Origin: Sphaerochaetaceae bacterium
GTDB lineage: Bacteria > Bacillota_I > Bacilli_A > RF39 > UBA660
Direction: 5' to 3'
Assembly (NCBI GenBank): GCA_963609095.1
Contig: CAVDHX010000083.1
Span: 1-50,295, forward strand
Length of the DNA: 50,295 nt
Below, piece by piece: positions 47,303-50,295 of this stretch; the stretch's first letter is position 1, and every line of letters begins with the position of its first letter. The notes beneath the pieces were generated by a model. The model ran no database searches. It was not told the DNA's origin and worked only from the letters and a program-made list of their open reading frames with translations. A program made the position numbers and the translations under genes.

Positions 47303-49813
47303 ATGAAAAAAATTAATAAAATTTTATTTTGTGCTTTTGCTTTTTTTATTTTTTCTAATTATGCAAAAGCAGATGAACTTATTGATGGAATATATACAAT
47401 TGAAACAATTTCTAATAAAGTAGTGGAAGCTGATTCAAATCCAATTACAAATATGACAAATGTTCAAATAAATAAAAATACAAATTCAGACAATCAAAAA
47501 TGGAAAATACAAAGTTTAAATAATGGATATTATAAAATTACTTCATTAGATAGTAACTTTAATATGGATGTTACTTGGGGTGGATATTCAAGTGGTACAA
47601 ATGTCTGGATGTATTATAGCAACAATTCAAATTCCCAAGCTTGGTATTTAAAAGAAACATCCGATGGTTATTTTAATATAATTTCTAAACATAATAATTT
47701 ATATTTAGATGTATCTGGCGGTGGCTCAAAAGATGGAACTAATATTCAAGTGTATAATGGTAATGGTAGTAATGCTCAAAAGTTTAAATTAATAGAACAA
47801 GTTGAAAGTAAAAAAACGTTAGAAGATGGAGATTATATAATTCATACTAATAATTATAATCAAGTAATTGATCTGTCCGGTGCTAATACGGCAAATCATG
47901 CTAAAATACAAACTTATGATTTAGGACTATATGAAAATCACGCTCAAATTTGGCATTTAAAATATTTATCCGATGGCTATTATTCTATTACATCATCACT
48001 TGATAATAATAAAGCATTGGATTTAACTGATGTAAAAGAAGTAAGTGGCAATAAGGTACAATTATATCAAAATAGTGAAAATTCAGCTCAAAAGTGGATT
48101 TTAAAAGATGCTGGAAATGGTTATTATAATATTTTAACCATTGGAAATCATAAATATTTAGATGTATCTGGTGGGTTAGCTAGAAATTTCACACAAATTC
48201 AAGTATATCGCGGAAATGGAACAAATGCTCAGAAATTTAAATTTGAAAAAATTGAATATAATAAATTGGAAGATGGATTTTATAAAATAACAAGTAAATT
48301 ATCTAATGATAAAGTTATTGGAATTGAAAGTGATGTTGCTATTAATGGTATTAATGTTGCTTTAAAAGATTCAAATGATTCAAATACACAAAAATGGTAT
48401 GTTAAAAATTTAGGTAGTGGTATATATTCTATTACATCAGCTGTAGATTTAAACAAAAGTTTAGATGTATCAGGTGGAAATAAAGCTAATCATTCTAATA
48501 TTCAAATTTATAATAGCAATAATACAAATGCTCAAAGATGGTATATAAAATATGTTAAAGATGGTTATTATACAATCATTTCACAACTTGGTTACAGTGG
48601 ATTAGATGTTGATAGTGCAAATATATCAGATGGAACAAATATTCAATTATATGGATTAAACTATAGTGATGCTCAACTATTTAAATTTGATAAAACAGAA
48701 AAAAATGATTTAGTTAAAAGCTATGAAGACGGTTATTATCAAATATCAAGTCTACTTGATAACAGTAAAGTTTTAGACGTTAATGGTGGGATTGTTAAAA
48801 ATAGTACCAATATTCAACTTTATAATAATAATTCAACTTTAGCTCAAGTATGGTATTTAAAATATTTAAATGATGGTTATTATTCAATAACAAGTGCTTT
48901 AAATAAAAATGTAAGTATAGACGCTCAAGGAGGAGGCATTACAAAAGGTACAAACGTGCAAGCATATAAATGGAATGGTAGCGATGCACAAAAATGGTTA
49001 GTTAAAGATTATGGTAATGGAGTAGTTGCTATTGTATCTAAATTAAGTGGGTTATATGTTGATGTGGCAGGTGGAGTAACTTCTAATGGCACAAACATTC
49101 AACTTTATAGTAACAACGGTTCAAATGCTCAAAGATTTAAACTTACAAAGTATACCGATAAAAAAGTATATAAAGGTATAGATGTATCTAAGCATCAAGG
49201 AGATATTAACTGGAATCAGGTTTCAAATAGTGGAGTTAATTTTGCTATTTTAAGACTTGGATTTGGTGCCTATGATTCACAGGAAGATGCAAAATTATTA
49301 GAATATGTTAAAGGATGTGAAGAAAATAATATTCCTTATGCATTTTATCTATATTCATATGCTGATGGAGTAGATGGCGAAAAAGGAGCTAAAGCAGAAG
49401 CCCAATTTTCTGTTAGAGTATTAAATAAATTAAAAAATTTAGGTTATACATCCAAATTAAATACAACTATATTTTATGATATGGAAGATAAATCTACTGT
49501 TAAAGGTGATAAAGATTATATGACTAGTCTTGGCGTTAATTACTGCTCAGTTATTGAACAAAATGGTTACTCATGTGGTATATATGCCAATAAAAATTGG
49601 TATGAAAATATTTTAAACGGTAGTGATCTTGCAAGTAAATATAAAATTTGGCTTGCTCATTACACTGGACCTGATGATTACTATAATGTATTATCTAAAC
49701 CTTCAAATTATAGTTTATCTACTTATAATTATTGGCAATTTTCTTCATTAGGTCAAATATCAGGAATTAAAACAAATGTAGATTTAGATTATGGTTATAA
49801 TATATTTGATTAA
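47303..49813 (+). CDS. secreted GH25 muramidase fused to four ricin-B-type beta-trefoil lectin domains
   Basis: Signal peptide. Twelve Q-x-W/F subrepeats (NQKW, SQAW, AQKF, AQIW, AQKW, AQKF, TQKW, AQRW, AQLF, AQVW, AQKW, AQRF), i.e. 4 trefoils. C-terminal KGIDVSKHQGDINW...FAILRLGFG...FYDMED...YWQFS fits GH25. Confidence 0.8.
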   Translation: MKKINKILFCAFAFFIFSNYAKADELIDGIYTIETISNKVVEADSNPITNMTNVQINKNTNSDNQKWKIQSLNNGYYKITSLDSNFNMDVTWGGYSSGTNVWMYYSNNSNSQAWYLKETSDGYFNIISKHNNLYLDVSGGGSKDGTNIQVYNGNGSNAQKFKLIEQVESKKTLEDGDYIIHTNNYNQVIDLSGANTANHAKIQTYDLGLYENHAQIWHLKYLSDGYYSITSSLDNNKALDLTDVKEVSGNKVQLYQNSENSAQKWILKDAGNGYYNILTIGNHKYLDVSGGLARNFTQIQVYRGNGTNAQKFKFEKIEYNKLEDGFYKITSKLSNDKVIGIESDVAINGINVALKDSNDSNTQKWYVKNLGSGIYSITSAVDLNKSLDVSGGNKANHSNIQIYNSNNTNAQRWYIKYVKDGYYTIISQLGYSGLDVDSANISDGTNIQLYGLNYSDAQLFKFDKTEKNDLVKSYEDGYYQISSLLDNSKVLDVNGGIVKNSTNIQLYNNNSTLAQVWYLKYLNDGYYSITSALNKNVSIDAQGGGITKGTNVQAYKWNGSDAQKWLVKDYGNGVVAIVSKLSGLYVDVAGGVTSNGTNIQLYSNNGSNAQRFKLTKYTDKKVYKGIDVSKHQGDINWNQVSNSGVNFAILRLGFGAYDSQEDAKLLEYVKGCEENNIPYAFYLYSYADGVDGEKGAKAEAQFSVRVLNKLKNLGYTSKLNTTIFYDMEDKSTVKGDKDYMTSLGVNYCSVIEQNGYSCGIYANKNWYENILNGSDLASKYKIWLAHYTGPDDYYNVLSKPSNYSLSTYNYWQFSSLGQISGIKTNVDLDYGYNIFD

Positions 49814-49834
49814 GTGCAGTTAATGCACTTTTTT
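49813..49834 (+). terminator. rho-independent terminator
   Basis: AGTGCA-GTTAA-TGCACT followed by T5. Confidence 0.7.
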
Positions 49835-50131
49835 GGCTCTTCTAAAAAAGCTTCTAAATTCAGTGGGGAGTTAATATTAAAAAAGTGGCAAAATTAATTG
49901 CTGCTTTTTGCGTGAAATAAATATTATAATTTAGTTGCATTTCAAATTAAAATATTTATCTATTGCAGATTCATTGAGTGAAATTCATATTATAAAAAGA
50001 TGCTTTATTTGCCATAATTGCAATAAATGATTTATAGAACCTATAATTGTAGTTTATCTAATAGATTAAAAATAAGAAAAGATTTATTACAATGTTCTGT
50101 AAAACTTTTTTAATATCTTTAATTTCATAAG

Positions 50132-50156
50132 AAAAAACCTACACTTTTATGTGTAG
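50132..50156 (-). terminator. terminator downstream of the partial minus-strand gene
   Basis: Minus strand reads CTACAC-ATAAAA-GTGTAG followed by GTTTTTT. Confidence 0.55.
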
Positions 50157-50174
50157 ATTGATTTTTTAAGTCTT

Positions 50175-50295
50175 TTATTGTAATTCTTCTATTTGTTTAA
50201 CTTCTAATTTTGTTATCTTTGCAATCTTTTGCACATCCATGCCGTCTTTAAGTAATTCTTTCGCAATATTGATTTTTTCCTCGGCACGTCCTTCT
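50175..50295 (-). CDS. C-terminal fragment of an Rpn/YhgA-like recombination-promoting nuclease / putative transposase (continues beyond the window)
   Basis: Minus-strand translation is ...EGRAEEKINIAKELLKDGMDVQKIAKITKLEVKQIEELQ* (stop 50175..50177). This C-terminal helix pattern is typical of the Rpn family. Only 40 codons are visible. Confidence 0.45.
   Translation of the reverse strand, partial: EGRAEEKINIAKELLKDGMDVQKIAKITKLEVKQIEELQ

Overview
Very AT-rich, low-GC Bacillota-type chromosomal segment that uses the standard genetic code (TGA is a stop at 2231..2233 and 35167..35169; Trp is TGG). The backbone is housekeeping: secE-nusG-rplK-rplA-rplJ-rplL-methyltransferase-rpoB-rpoC (7262..18335), then smc, an ABC-F ATPase, tRNA-Arg(UCU), eno, a TrmH-like/rimM/trmD cluster, rnhC, cvpA, trxA, lspA-rluD, a rhomboid protease and a CDP-alcohol phosphatidyltransferase. 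Less ordinary content sits between these blocks. (1) A three-gene 2-hydroxyacyl-CoA-dehydratase-like/activase operon of unknown substrate (1337..4223). (2) A BclA-like collagen-repeat gene whose last 16 codons plus terminator recur 1146 bp downstream. The two 74-nt copies bracket a single-gene cassette encoding a transglutaminase-like Cys-His-Asp protein (5946..7166). (3) Two tandem paralogues built of mTERF-type repeats (21430..23803), a family mainly known from eukaryotic organelles. (4) Three orphan prepilin-type genes, two of them in an operon with enolase. (5) A cell-envelope locus (41115..49813) with a GH73 glucosaminidase carrying four tandem Ig-like repeats, a six-PASTA membrane protein with no kinase or PBP domain, and a GH25 muramidase fused to four ricin-type beta-trefoils. 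The window starts inside a FemAB-family gene and ends inside an Rpn/YhgA-type nuclease gene. No CRISPR array, rRNA, intact IS element or recognisable defence system was found. All product calls come from motifs read by eye; no database search was run.
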